In this document: in pieces, positions 24,091-36,251 of the stretch | How positions within the stretch are numbered: position 1 is the first letter of the stretch | Layout of the letters: each line of letters starts with the position of its first letter | Source: Camelus ferus | Taxonomy: Eukaryota | DNA length: 64,000 nucleotides | Assembly: GCF_009834535.1 (NCBI RefSeq) | Contig: NC_045696.1 | Coordinates: forward strand, 90,708,001 to 90,772,000 | Direction: 5' to 3' | Made by a program: the position numbers and the translations under genes | Notes under the pieces: generated by a model | What the model saw: the letters and a program-made list of their open reading frames with translations, nothing else | What the model was told of the DNA's origin: nothing | The model's database searches: none

Positions 24091-27000
24091 GAAGTTTCAT
24101 AAAAAGTATCCACTATCTACAGGCTTTTGATATGTATATCAAAATACAGGCCATCCATGCATAGCAACTTAGCTGGACTGCTACCATTGATTGGGATATT
24201 TGAGAAAGAGAGATTAAAGTTTTGTACAGGAAATTTTCACACATGTTTTTACTCACCACTCTACTATTCCTGTTTCAAGAACATACCCAAGTTCAGAAAA
24301 TTCAAGTAAAGAAAAAGAGAAAAGGTTGAAGAGAAGCGAGGAGGTAAATAGGAAGCAAGACAGTAAGGCAAACAGCCTCCACTTAGAATCTACATCATTT
24401 TAACTCATATCAGTTACCATCAAAATATCTATCATCAAAAGACTAACATGGTTCTAAATAATGCTTTTATATTGCTATATCATATCTTCAGTTCAGAGAT
24501 GTAAATGCCACTGAATCTTCACTCATTCAATATTTGCATAATCACTGCACACATGGAAGCTAAACTTCAGTTGCTGATGGTCAGTTTAACCTTTAAATCG
24601 CCTGATTAAACTCTGTCTTCATTCTTAAAACCCCAAATTAGCAAACAAGCCACAATATAATATATGCTACAGCATAGGTCTTCTGTGAATAGCTGGAATC
24701 TTCAACTGCTTCAGCTGCAATACAAGCCACTGAGCCTTGGCCAATATAAGCCAATTTGAATAATCAATATGACAACCTTATTTTTCTAATGCAAACAGGA
24801 TTGCTACAGTAAGGTGTCTCACTGCCACATCACAGTCATGGCCTCTTTTAACCCCTAATTAGATTGAGGCGATTATCCCTGCTCTTCCTTACAAGTGTAC
24901 AGCTTGGATAAGGGATGACAAAAGCTATCTGCCACTTACTCAGCCTTTGCAGACAGCAGGTTATCCAGGGAGATAGAGAATAAAATCAACAAACAATTGT
25001 TATTCATATCATCATCTAAAGTGTTAAGATAGTCACAGTTTCCATACATGCAGAGTGAATATAGCCCAAAGCATGAGGTAACGGCAGACTGCTTAAGAAC
25101 ATCAGGGTTACACAGATGGAAATTCATGGTGATGTTGGGGAATTATGTCTAAATCAAACTCATTTGCATAAAAAGAAATGATTAGGGATTTGTGTTTTGT
25201 ATATAATATATCAAGATTTAATTATGTTTCTCTTCATGAATTCTTTGAAGCTAAATTTTAATATTGATTTTTCTAAACACAAAGCATTTATTATAAAAAG
25301 AATGCCAAAATTAAAGGTCTGCAGAAACTTACATGCTTTAAGATTCAATTAAAATACTCTTAAATATAAAATAAGAAACTTTTTCCCTTTCACTATGATA
25401 CAACACTAGTTCCTGTATTAAATTCAGATAATCAAGAATTATTTCACTAATTCTGTGGATCCCAAACAGTTTTCTTAAATCTTATAACAATTTCTCAAAT
25501 CTTGGTCATCACTTCAGATCCATTATTACCAAGATAACTCTGGTCACTAGAAAACAATCAAGGGTAGTTGCAAAGACACCAAACTGACAGCTTCCTAATA
25601 AGCTTAGTTAACCTGAGGACAACATAGAAGGCTGGACCCATTGATAAGAAAAAACTTTGGTGGAATATCTGGGTCTTCTCTAAAGATGATAAAGTCACAG
25701 TAGAAGTTATTAAGATAAGGAAATGCTGAATCAGATTTTGTATCTTTTCCTTTTCACTTGCAAGGATCAATAAGTGTCTCTTTCTCAGGTCATAATAACT
25801 TGGCTAGAAGAAAAAGAATGGGAAGGCCACAGTCTTATCAGTTGAATTCTGTTTCTGTTTTTTATTAGTCATTCAATCACTCTACTTAATCAACACTGTT
25901 AGCCTTTAAAGTAGTCAAGTATATTATTTTTCTAATAACTGAGGTCACAGCTCAAAACCTCATGCAACACCACACCAAGAACAACTAAAACATTTTAAAT
26001 GTCTCCATTGGCAGCAAAAATTTGCCATATAAGCTAATTTATGTAAAGAGCCATGAGTTACTGAACCCAGATTCTCATGTAGAGTGTTGATTACTTATCA
26101 GTGGATCATTTAACCAAGCTGTATCATGATACTTAATTCAGTGATTGCTAACATGTCTGAGCCATGTAAAATTATCTAAAATGTGTGCCTTGTTCCTCTC
26201 ATATAGGCTGAAACATGACTTCATTCTTAAAGTTGAATACTAACTCAGGATATTGGGCAGGCCTTTAAACATAAGTCATAATTCACTTCTAAATGTGTCT
26301 TCAGAGCACCATCCTTGGACACAGAAACCCAAGGCTTCTATATATATATATATTTTTACTGAAGGTTTGTAGTCAACAGTTTCATTTTAAACATCTGCTC
26401 TTAAGGAACATGCTTTTCTTATATCCCAGACAGTATGTATTTTTGTAAAATGGAACTGGTGAAAAAAAAAAAGAAATCAATTGTCAAAAGATATGGGAAT
26501 ACTTTGCACGGTATGACAAAATGTATTAACCTTCATGTACTTGAACTGAATGTTAAGATGTGAATCAGTTATAATTTTATTTCTCTAATCTATTTCTAGT
26601 TTTTAAATATATATATAAACACATACATAAACACACATACATAACTTTCAGAAGTAAACATAAAACATATACATCTACTGTAGATTTTAAACTAAAATAT
26701 TTTAAGAATTTAGTAAAACATATGTTGGTAAAATTGCACAAAGCCAAACTATAATAAATGAAAACATATAGATGGTTGTTCTCAATCATCTTTCTATTCA
26801 TAAAGAGGTAAACCATCAGTGCTAAAATTTAAAAACATCAAAAGGGAAAGAAAGTAACAACAAATGACATTTTAGCCAATGGGCAAAAAACAATCTCACT
26901 CATACAGTCCTGTTTTAATCTGTCTGTGTTGTTTTACTATTTTTCAGTTTTCTTTGTTCTTTTACTCAGAGCTTTATATGTGCTTGAAAAGTTACCAGCA

Positions 27001-28269
27001 ATTAACTCTTTATTAAAAGTGCGATAAAATACTAGACCCTTGAATAATTTACGAAATGCAAAGTGAAATATTAAGTTATAACATATAAAAGTATTGATTT
27101 TTAAACTTTTTTCATAGCCCAACTTATTATAAAAAAAACCTCCAATATTGTCAGCATATCTCAATAATATTCCCACTCAAAAGAAGTAATGCATTATTGG
27201 TTTTTTGCTTTGATTAAAAGCAATGCAGTATACTGTGAATTTAAAAACATAAAAGTTGAGGTTAATACATATGAAGTCCATGGATCTCATCCAATTCTGG
27301 ATTTCTAACTAAACAGTGGCCACAGGTTAGTCATATATGTGACTACAGAACTAGAAAATGCAAGTAATTTATTCAGGATATGGGCCTTAGTAACTTTGAA
27401 GCCATTTTTATACAAAGACTAGTAACTAGTTATTCATCTCTACTACTGACAAAAAAATTAGGATAGAAGAAGAAACAGGAAAGCAGATTTAGGTCAAGTA
27501 CAAGAAAACATTTCTAAGGTGTGTCTGTTAAGTACTCAGATAGGTTCCTAAAGGAGGCTGGAATGCTCTTATGTCAAGGACTTTAAAAGAATACATTTTA
27601 ATCTTTTCTGATCTTTCAGGAATGGTTTCTCTGAAGGACTTGTGACAGTCCTTTTCACCTTAAAATAAAATTCTTGAAACCATGTATTTATGTAATATCA
27701 CACTTTGGTATTTGTTTCATTCATAACAAACTTTATCTAAGAAGAGTATACAGTAATGGAGTATTCCAGATTTGATACGGAAGAGGGCTAGAAACGACAG
27801 GGGTAAAATACGAATAGGGATCAACACTTCATGAGAAGGAGAAAAAAGTGTTAAAACTCTTGAAAGAACTAAAAAAAAATAAATTTCTGTATCATAACAA
27901 CTCTTTAGGTAAGTTACAGTATCATCTAACAAGATAGTTTATACACAAATTATGAATAATTTCAAACAAATCAAGCAGAAATAAAACTCCCTAAAACTGA
28001 TATAAAAATAATGAAATGAAAATATGTTTTATTCAATTTATTCACTTAATTTCTTCAACAATAGTAAACGAACAAGTCCATTTTGTTTTGTTCCCAATGG
28101 GAAATAGGCAATATACACAGACAAAATATACCATGTAATTAATTCAGACAAGGATGCAGACCTTAGAACTGTACCACTATAAAAGTTCTGTTTATCTATG
28201 TTGCCAAGTCAAATTTCAATTGAACAATAACCAAATGATTATTGTTTCACTAATCATGGAATGAACCAA

Positions 28270-28935
28270 CATCCTGTGATTCCTAATATGATATGCTGAG
28301 AAGGAAACATCACTTCTGTGGTATTTCTGGCAAACAAACAAACAAACAAACAAACACCCAGCACAACCTGAATCTAATCATTAGGAAACATTAAACAAAC
28401 CTAAATTGAGGGACATGATATAAAACAACTGGCCTATATAGCTTTCAAAATGTCAAGGTCATGAAAGACAAAGAAAAGCTGAGAAACTATCCCACATGAA
28501 AACGGACATGACAAATAACTATCAATGTTTAACCCTAGATTGGATCCTAGATGGAAGGGAGGGGTATAGATGTGTAAATATGAAAATGTATGACATAACT
28601 GGGAATATGGACTGTTGGTTAGATAATAATTTTCTACCAACAATAAATTTCTTGATTTTGGTTACTATACTGTGACCATGTAAAAAAATTTCTTAATGAA
28701 ATATACATAAAATATTTAGGCCTTAAAAGACTGATGTCTGTCCCTTGATCTTAAATGATTCAGAAAAAAAAATGTGTGCGTGTTCAGAGACAGAATTTGA
28801 TAAAGTAAATGGGGCAAAATGTAAACAATTGATGAAAGTGGATAAATGGTATGTGATAGAGGGTATGTGAGAGTTCTTTTTACTCTTCCTGCAACTTATT
28901 TGTAAGTTTAAAATTGTATCAAATTAAAAGCTTCA
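28270..28935 (+). mobile_element. L1MC4/L1ME-type 3' end
   Basis: catcacttctgtggtatt, aacctgaatctaatcat, caaattgagggacat-like and tgtcaaggtcatgaaagacaaagaaaagctgagaaact, ending gtaagtttaaaattgtatcaaattaaaag. Confidence 0.7.
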
Positions 28936-29965
28936 GAATTAACCTTGATTGGGCATATTAATTCCTACACAGTATTTTCCATTCCAACCAGGAACTTAAA
29001 CCTCCTTCAACTCTGACAGCACAGATTCTTTAATATATAAAAATAGCATAGTCCTAAAACTCTATATACTAGATTTAGAAATCTGAAATTTATAAAATTG
29101 AATTAGAAAGCACAAAAATAAGCTTAAAACCCCAGTAGATTTCGTATTTTAGGTCTTAAATTGCTTTCATCTGATGACAATTTGACAAATCATAATCACC
29201 TGGTGTTTTAGGTGGTGCCAACTTAATAATTTTCTCAGGGATTTTATCAATAATGACACCAGCATTGATATACTATGTTGGAAAAATTATGCGATACGAT
29301 CTAAAAAGAGGGTTTTCCCCATTAACTTCAGAATATAAGAAGCTTAAGCCATCCAGGTTCACAGTTTATCCTTAATAATAATAATTATTATTATTATTTT
29401 AATTGTTATTATTAATAATAATTTTAATATAAATGAAGTTCTAAAAGTGATATCAGCCTCTTGGGATAACGGATCAATCAACAAATGTCTAAAGACCTGT
29501 CTATCCTTTATTACAATGCAAAAATAAGAGAGCTTGAAACTGCTTCACTGACACACTGGCTTACTTACTTCCTGGGTGCTCAGCTATTCTTTCATCATAT
29601 CTGTCAGTACTCATTCCTTTCACTAGTAATCAGGTAATATCGTCAATTAAATTTTCCTATGGAAAGGGTATTATGTTCAGAAATGACAAAGTTAATTTCC
29701 TGTCATCCACCAAAATAAGAAGCATTATACTGTACTATATTTGTTGTAATTCTAATTATTCCATTAATTCAATCGGTAAATCTTTTGACTAGAGCAGTAA
29801 TATTTTTGGTATTATAAAAAGTGGGCATTTACTCACTGCTAGTGGTGGGAGGTGGAGGTGGCATCTGTACTACCTTCCCATGATGCAAAATGGCAATGTG
29901 CATTAACGTCAAAAAAATTCATACCCTTTGACAAAGCAAGTTCACTTCTAGGAATTTACAAAACA

Positions 29966-30200
29966 CAGTTGACCTTTCAACAACACAGGTTTGAACTGCA
30001 CGGGTCCACTTAAATGTGGATTTTTTTCAACAGTAAATACTACAGTACTACACAATCTATATTTCATTCAATCTGTAGACATGGAACCACAGATACAGAG
30101 GAACCAGGTATATGAAGTATTGACTATAAATTATATGCAGACTTTTGACTGTGCAAAGGGTCAGTGCCCCTAACCCCTCTCATTGTTCAAGGGTCAACTG
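29966..30200. mobile_element. MER8-like Tigger MITE
   Basis: 235 bp with terminal inverted repeats cagttgacctttcaacaa / ttgttcaagggtcaactg, followed by TA. Confidence 0.8.
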
Positions 30201-30595
30201 TATAAGAAATATATACAAAGAAGATATTTACATACAATAACATTTATTTATATATGTATACACATACATAAATTTAAATAAATACATGCATGTATATACA
30301 TATATGTACATGTGTACAATATTCATGTATAAGAATATCCATAATTTCAATTATAAATTAAAACAACTTAAATGTCCAAGGACACAAGGATTATTAAGTA
30401 GGTTACTTCTAATCTATACAATGCAAAGTATGCTACTCTGAAAAATAAAGACATAATAGATTAGTATGGCAGTATGTCTATTTAGTTTTTAAATAAACTA
30501 GGATATATACACATATATGCTAAAGTGCAATCAAAAGTGTTTGCACCCCATTTGGGAGACCACTATTCTATACAACAAGCTTTGGCAGTCTGGGC

Positions 30596-30812
30596 CGGGA
30601 AATGGCAAACTACAGTCCTTTGGCCAAATTGGCCTCACTGCATATTTCTGTAAACAAAGTTTGCTGCAACAAAGACACACCTATTCATTTATGTACTGTC
30701 CATGGCTAGTTTCACACTACAACAGAGTTGAGTAGTTCTGACAGAGACTATAAGCACACAAAGCTGAAAATATTTACCCAACGGACCTTTACAGAAAAAA
30801 GTTTCTACCCTG
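30596..30812 (+). mobile_element. MER58A hAT-Charlie MITE
   Basis: ggcaaactacag...gtaaacaaagtt...agagttgagtagtt...gacagagac...aaaatatttac...cctttacagaaaaaagttt...ccctg. Confidence 0.8.
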
Positions 30813-32039
30813 GTCCAGAAAGCTAGCTCACATTTGTCTTCAATGCTTTCCAAACAGCCTTTCAATTTATTGAATCTTATGATATAATCATCTAAACTAG
30901 TGGTTTTCAAACTACCTCTGCATATGCGGCAGGACAGTAAAAGGATCTCAGTTCACCCACTCACCCAACCAAACAAGGAAAGGAAATGGAGCAAGAAAGG
31001 GAAAAAGGGAGGAACAGGAAGGAAAGGAGGAAGATAGGGGGTAAATAAGGGATAAGAAGTCTGAAAGCCATTGATCTATCTTAGGGGTGGAGAGAAGGTG
31101 GGGAGGACCTGGGGGTCCTTGTTTAGTAACTGAGTTTGTATTCAGGAAAGATAAATGAGAAGTTTCTAATATAAAAATACGAAAATGGTAACTAATGGTT
31201 GTGCTAATTACTACTGTCTCAGCCATAAATCTACTGAAATACTAAGTATCCTGATAATCCCAACCTCTTCTCTTCGTTCCCTTAGGAGTGATACATGATT
31301 CTTGCTATTGATATCTCCTGCTATCTTCTCAGTGTTCCCTTTTGTACCATCACCGATACCTATTTAACCAACTTCCCATAAAAAATGCTCTCTATTAAGA
31401 TAGCAACTGTAGTTTCACCTTCCTGACTGATACAACAGTATCAAGTAATCCTTATTTTAAATGTAATTAATACTGTCTTTAGATGTTATTTTTAGAGTTT
31501 AATTTTAGTTTATGTAAACAATATTTTTAAGGATTCTCATAGGTTTACTCACAATTTGGTCTCCTTGGAAGTTTTTGCTGTTAGGTGTAAGAATTTTTTT
31601 CTCACAATTCTTCTTGTTAAATCTGTGAGAAAGCCTCAGCAAGTCACAAATGTGTCTGTGATACTTCTACCCTTAATCTGGTCTTTTACCTTCTAATTGT
31701 GTCTAAGTCAAAAAGAATTCAAATCCTCCTTTTTAACAAAAAAAGCAAATATTTTAGTTCTGGGAAGCAGAATTAAACTAACTGGAAGCCAGTGACAACT
31801 GAAGGCTTTAATGAGTTATCAAGAGGCAGCAAGTTTAACAAGGCATAAAGCAATGAACTGAAACTTAAAATTCTGATAAAATGTCCCATATTTATTGATT
31901 AAAACATACCTATTTAATATATACTGGGGTTAATCACACTGGGGAGGTAAAAATTGTCTACATATTAAACATGTACCTACCTTCAATAAGATAAGAGTTA
32001 GTTATACAACCGTGTAACTATTAACATATCAAAATCTTA

Positions 32040-32130
32040 CCTTGTTGGCTATCTTGGGAAAATACATCATTTAACCTCTGGTTCTCAGTTTACTCCTCTG
32101 TAAAGAAAACAGGCTGGACTAGGTCTCTGT
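32040..32130 (+). mobile_element. MIR core fragment
   Basis: cttgggaaaatacatcatttaacctctggttctcagtttactcctctgtaaa. Confidence 0.6.
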
Positions 32131-33270
32131 TGCTATATATCTACCATGACAATCTATAAAATTTCTTTTTGTACTGAGGCATAGGGAGCTCAACATCATT
32201 ACCAAGAGAGACAAAGGACTGATTCTGTATAGGGAAGAAGTAAATAGGTAGAAAAAAAAGAATATCAAGATTGGTGGTTTAAAAATATAATTTGAAAGAG
32301 ATTCAAATCACCATGTTAGGGAATTCTTTATGTTCCTCCTCTAAGTCAAAGAAAAGGAAAAAAAAAATGTCATAGGCAAATTATCTGGTTAAAAAAATAA
32401 AAAGTTTATTTCTATTATCACAGTCTTTGAAGACATTTACTAAGTCAGAAATAATACTTCCTAAATTCTCTTCAAAATAGAAGATATGTCTTTTGTTGTT
32501 TTTCAAATACAAAAACAAAGTTATTTTTGATACTCTTCTCTCAAACTAAACTGTCTGATCACTTGCCATACAGTGGACCATATGCTTTCACAGCTTGTTT
32601 ATAGAAATAATTACATGTAAAGTACTAGTTAAAGGTTCATGGGATAGGCCAGATCATTTATCATTTAGTAGTTACCACTTACTAGCACAACTGGTACCTT
32701 TTGATGCAAGGGCAATTTGCTGAAAACAAGTTTCAAATTTTATAATCAATTTAGAGTTACTCCAATGTAAATGAGGCGTGGGGTGGAGGGGAGAACACTC
32801 CAATTCTGATTATTTGCTTTATATCTCGCCAGCATTGCTATACTAGCCTTAATAATTTCCTTCTAAACTTTAAAATTCACTGCATTTACACAGAAGAAAT
32901 GAGAAAGGTTTTAATTTTAGAATATGGATTTAACCATCTGCTCTTTAAAACAAACAAAAAAACTTCAATTCAAAACTGAAAACATCAGACCTTAGTACTG
33001 AAAGCTATTATTACTGTAAAAATCAATTTGCAGAAGTCTGTACAATATAATTTCATTAATGGAGTAAAATGTATATGGTTCAAAGTGCACAGATGGAAGT
33101 ACAGATGGGCAAAAATCATGCATGTAAATGTTAAAGGCGCCTAATTCTGAGGAACAAAATGAGAAGAACATGAAGCTGAATGGGGAGTTTTTAATGTATT
33201 CTATATTTTAAAATTTACAAACTTACTACAATTTTTAATTAAAAATTGTATTTAAAAATGCAAGTTACAA

Positions 33271-34944
33271 AGACGGAGAAGATGGCGGAGTAGAAGGATG
33301 CTCGCAGGTCACCCTCTCCCACAAATACACCAAGACCCACATCTACAGACCCACTCAGCCAACCAGAGCACCTGTGGAACTCCGACAGAACATCGCCCTC
33401 TTCAAAAGTTAAAGATGCCAAAAATCTGGTAGGAGAAATGTAAAAAAGAGAACAAAAGGCAAAGCAGCGCAGGACGGGTCCCGCGGGGAGGGAGCGGCAA
33501 AGAAGGACTGGCGCTCGCTCGCTGGGTCTCCCCTCTCCAACTGAGAGGCCAGCGGGACTGAGGCCTCCGAGGCTCGGATCTGTACAGAGCAGCCCTTGAC
33601 TAACACAACTAAGTTAAACGGGCACAGAGCGTTCCTCCGACACCCAGCCTGAGACGCGGCCGGCAGCAGCTGGCAGGGCCAGGCTGCACAAGCCAGGCGG
33701 AGGACAGAAGTGGCTGCACGGAGGCAGCCCCGGGGGAACGCAAGGGGCTGCGCGCCGTGGCTGTGGGTGCACAGGGCAGAACAACCTGGGCCCTCCACAA
33801 AACAGCAAGGTTGATGTGCTCTCGGGGGAAGGGTGCACACCCCCATCTCTGAAAACCCGCGGAAAGTTTTTGGGGGAAGAGAGGCGGGGCTCAGGCACAG
33901 CGGCCATATCCTCCTCGCTGAGCACTCAGGCGGGGGCGGGGGCGAAACCTGCATCCGCACCGAAGGGCTTAGCAGCCCCAAAGGCCAGACTGAGACTGGC
34001 CTGCAGCCCGGGGCAGATAGGATCCTTCCATCCTGGTCCCTCAGAGAACTTGCTCCACAAAGACAAACAAGGAGCTGGGTTTTGGCTCGGAGCAGGGACA
34101 GGGCTGTCCCTCGGTCTTCCCTGAGCCCACCCTTGGAGCGCCGACCAGGGCGGAGCGCGCAGCCGCACAGAGAGCGGAACTACCGGCGGTGCAGGTAGAG
34201 CAAGAGCGGCCCCCCCGCCTTTCGGGCAGGAACACAGCCCCTGACCGAGGTGCTGGGAGGGGGCACGACCCGCCCTCCTACCTGGCCAGTCTGCAACATC
34301 TGACTGCGGCATCCGGAGGGGCAGCGACCCGCCCGCCCACAGCAGAGGAGCGCTGCACCTGACCCAGTGTTAGGAGGAGGCGCGATCGGCTTGCCGGCAG
34401 GTGCTGGGAGCAGCACAGAAGAGGGCGCCAACGGAGGGCCTCTGAAAACAGCAAGCTGAGCTTCCAAAACAGGACGAAGACAGAAAGACTTCACATTAAA
34501 AGCACACAGACTCCAGGAGAACACCGACAAACCGACCCCCCCCCCCTTTTTTTTAAATCTGTTTTTACCTGTTCTATTTTCTATTACTCTCTTAATCTTT
34601 ACTTCTTAATTCATTTCTATTTCTCTTGGGTTTTGATGTCCTGCTATTGATTAGACACAGGTTTCAAATACATCTATTCATCTCCCCCCCCCTCCCTTTT
34701 TTTGTAAAGGTTTTAAAAGGACGTCTCAACCCGATTAATACTCTGCTTCAACTCACTCTTCTATTATTCATTATACACTGTTTTCAAACCCTCTTTCTCC
34801 CTTCTTTTAAAATTCTTTCTCTCTCTCTCTTATGTTTTTTTCTTTTTTTCCTAAGTTCTATTCCTAAATAGGCATCAGATAGATAAAATCCTTAAGGACC
34901 AAAATAAACAACTGATACTCCATAAACCACAGTGCCAAAGAGGT
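33271..34944 (+). promoter_or_regulatory. L1 5'UTR internal Pol II promoter, CpG-island-like, with YY1 site
   Basis: YY1-type AAGATGGCGG at 33279-33288. High GC and many retained CpGs to ~34530, then a pyrimidine-rich segment before the ORF1 ATG. Confidence 0.8.
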
Positions 34945-35847
34945 ATGAGCAAGATGAAGAAGCAGAAAAACCTTTCCCAATTAAAAGAACAAGAGAAATC
35001 CCCTGAAAGAAAGATCAACGAAATAGACATCAATAGCCTACTAGATCAAGATTTCAAAAAAGGAGTGATCGAATTGCTGAAGGAATTAAAACAGATAGTG
35101 TTTAGAGATATAAAATATGTCAAAAATGAAATTGAAGCTATAAAGAAGAGCCAAGTAGAACGGGTAAACTCATTGACAGAGATGAGGAATGATCTAATAG
35201 CTGTGCAAAGCCGACTAGATAATGCAGAGGAACGAATTAGTGATCTAGAAGACAGGGCAATAGAAAGCACCCATTCAGAACAACTACAAGAGAAGCAAAT
35301 AAAAAATAATGAAAATAGCATAAGGGACCTATGGGATAATATAAAGCGTCCCAATCTTCGCATAATAGGGGTCCCAGAAGGAGAAGAAAGATCAAAGGGG
35401 ATTGAAAAGGTTTTTGAAGAAATCATGACTGAAAACTTCCCAAACTTAAAGAAGGAATCAGATATCCAAGTACAGGAAGCTCAGAGGGTCCCAAACAGGA
35501 AGAACCCAAATAGACCCACACCAAGACATATCATAATCAAGATGGCCAGAGTCAAGGATAAAGAAATGATTCTAAAGGCAGCAAGAGAAAAGCAAAGAGT
35601 AAGTTACAAGGGAACCCCCATAAGGCTCTCAGCTGATTTCTCTACACAAACACTACAGGCCAGAAGGGAGCGGCAAGATATATTCAAAGCCCTGAATGAA
35701 AAAAAGATGCAGCCTAGGATCCTTTATCCAGCAAGGCTATCCTTGAGGACAGAAGGAGAAATAAAGAGTTTCACAGACAAAAAAAAGCTGCAGGAGTTTA
35801 GCAACACTAAACCCATGCTAAAAGAAATATTGAAAGGGCTATTCTAA
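34945..35847 (+). CDS. ORF1: L1 ORF1p, intact 300 aa
   Basis: ATG to TAA uninterrupted. Heptad coiled coil, RPNLRIIGVPEGEE, RPTPRHIIIKM, ARR, LYPARLS and YKGTPIRLSADFS motifs typical of mammalian L1 ORF1p. Confidence 0.95.
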   Translation: MSKMKKQKNLSQLKEQEKSPERKINEIDINSLLDQDFKKGVIELLKELKQIVFRDIKYVKNEIEAIKKSQVERVNSLTEMRNDLIAVQSRLDNAEERISDLEDRAIESTHSEQLQEKQIKNNENSIRDLWDNIKRPNLRIIGVPEGEERSKGIEKVFEEIMTENFPNLKKESDIQVQEAQRVPNRKNPNRPTPRHIIIKMARVKDKEMILKAAREKQRVSYKGTPIRLSADFSTQTLQARRERQDIFKALNEKKMQPRILYPARLSLRTEGEIKSFTDKKKLQEFSNTKPMLKEILKGLF

Positions 35848-36251
35848 ATAGAAAAGCAGCAGGATGCTACAGAAATGAGAAACACACAACTGGAAAGGTG
35901 ATAACTCATGAATTACAAATAAAGTAAACATGAAATTATAAAAGAAGACATACAAATCACTGAGAGTGGGAGAGGGAGGCAGGGAAATATAGAATTTTTT
36001 TTTCTTTCTTTTTAAAATTTTTTTAAAAGTAGGATGGGTTTGAGATCACGTTACTATCAGTTTAATAAAAACAGTTATAGTAATGGGTTGACAGATTTAC
36101 AAAAAAGGGTAACCACAAGCCAAAAATTTACAAAGGAGTCACAAAAATTAAATAAAATCCATGATAATACAAAGGAAAATTACCAAACCACAAAAGGAAG
36201 AAGAAAGGAACAAAGAGGATATACCAATTCAACTGCAAAGATAAGTTCAAA

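Noticed and set aside
29373..29421. Perfect 24-bp and 16-bp AT palindromes
   Set aside because: Produced by abutting (AAT)n/(ATT)n microsatellites; low complexity and common.
33239..33421. Short antisense ORF open at the 5' tip of both L1s (also 9402-9617)
   Set aside because: The start at 33421 is TTG rather than ATG, the frame runs out into flanking DNA, and the similarity only reflects shared L1 ancestry.
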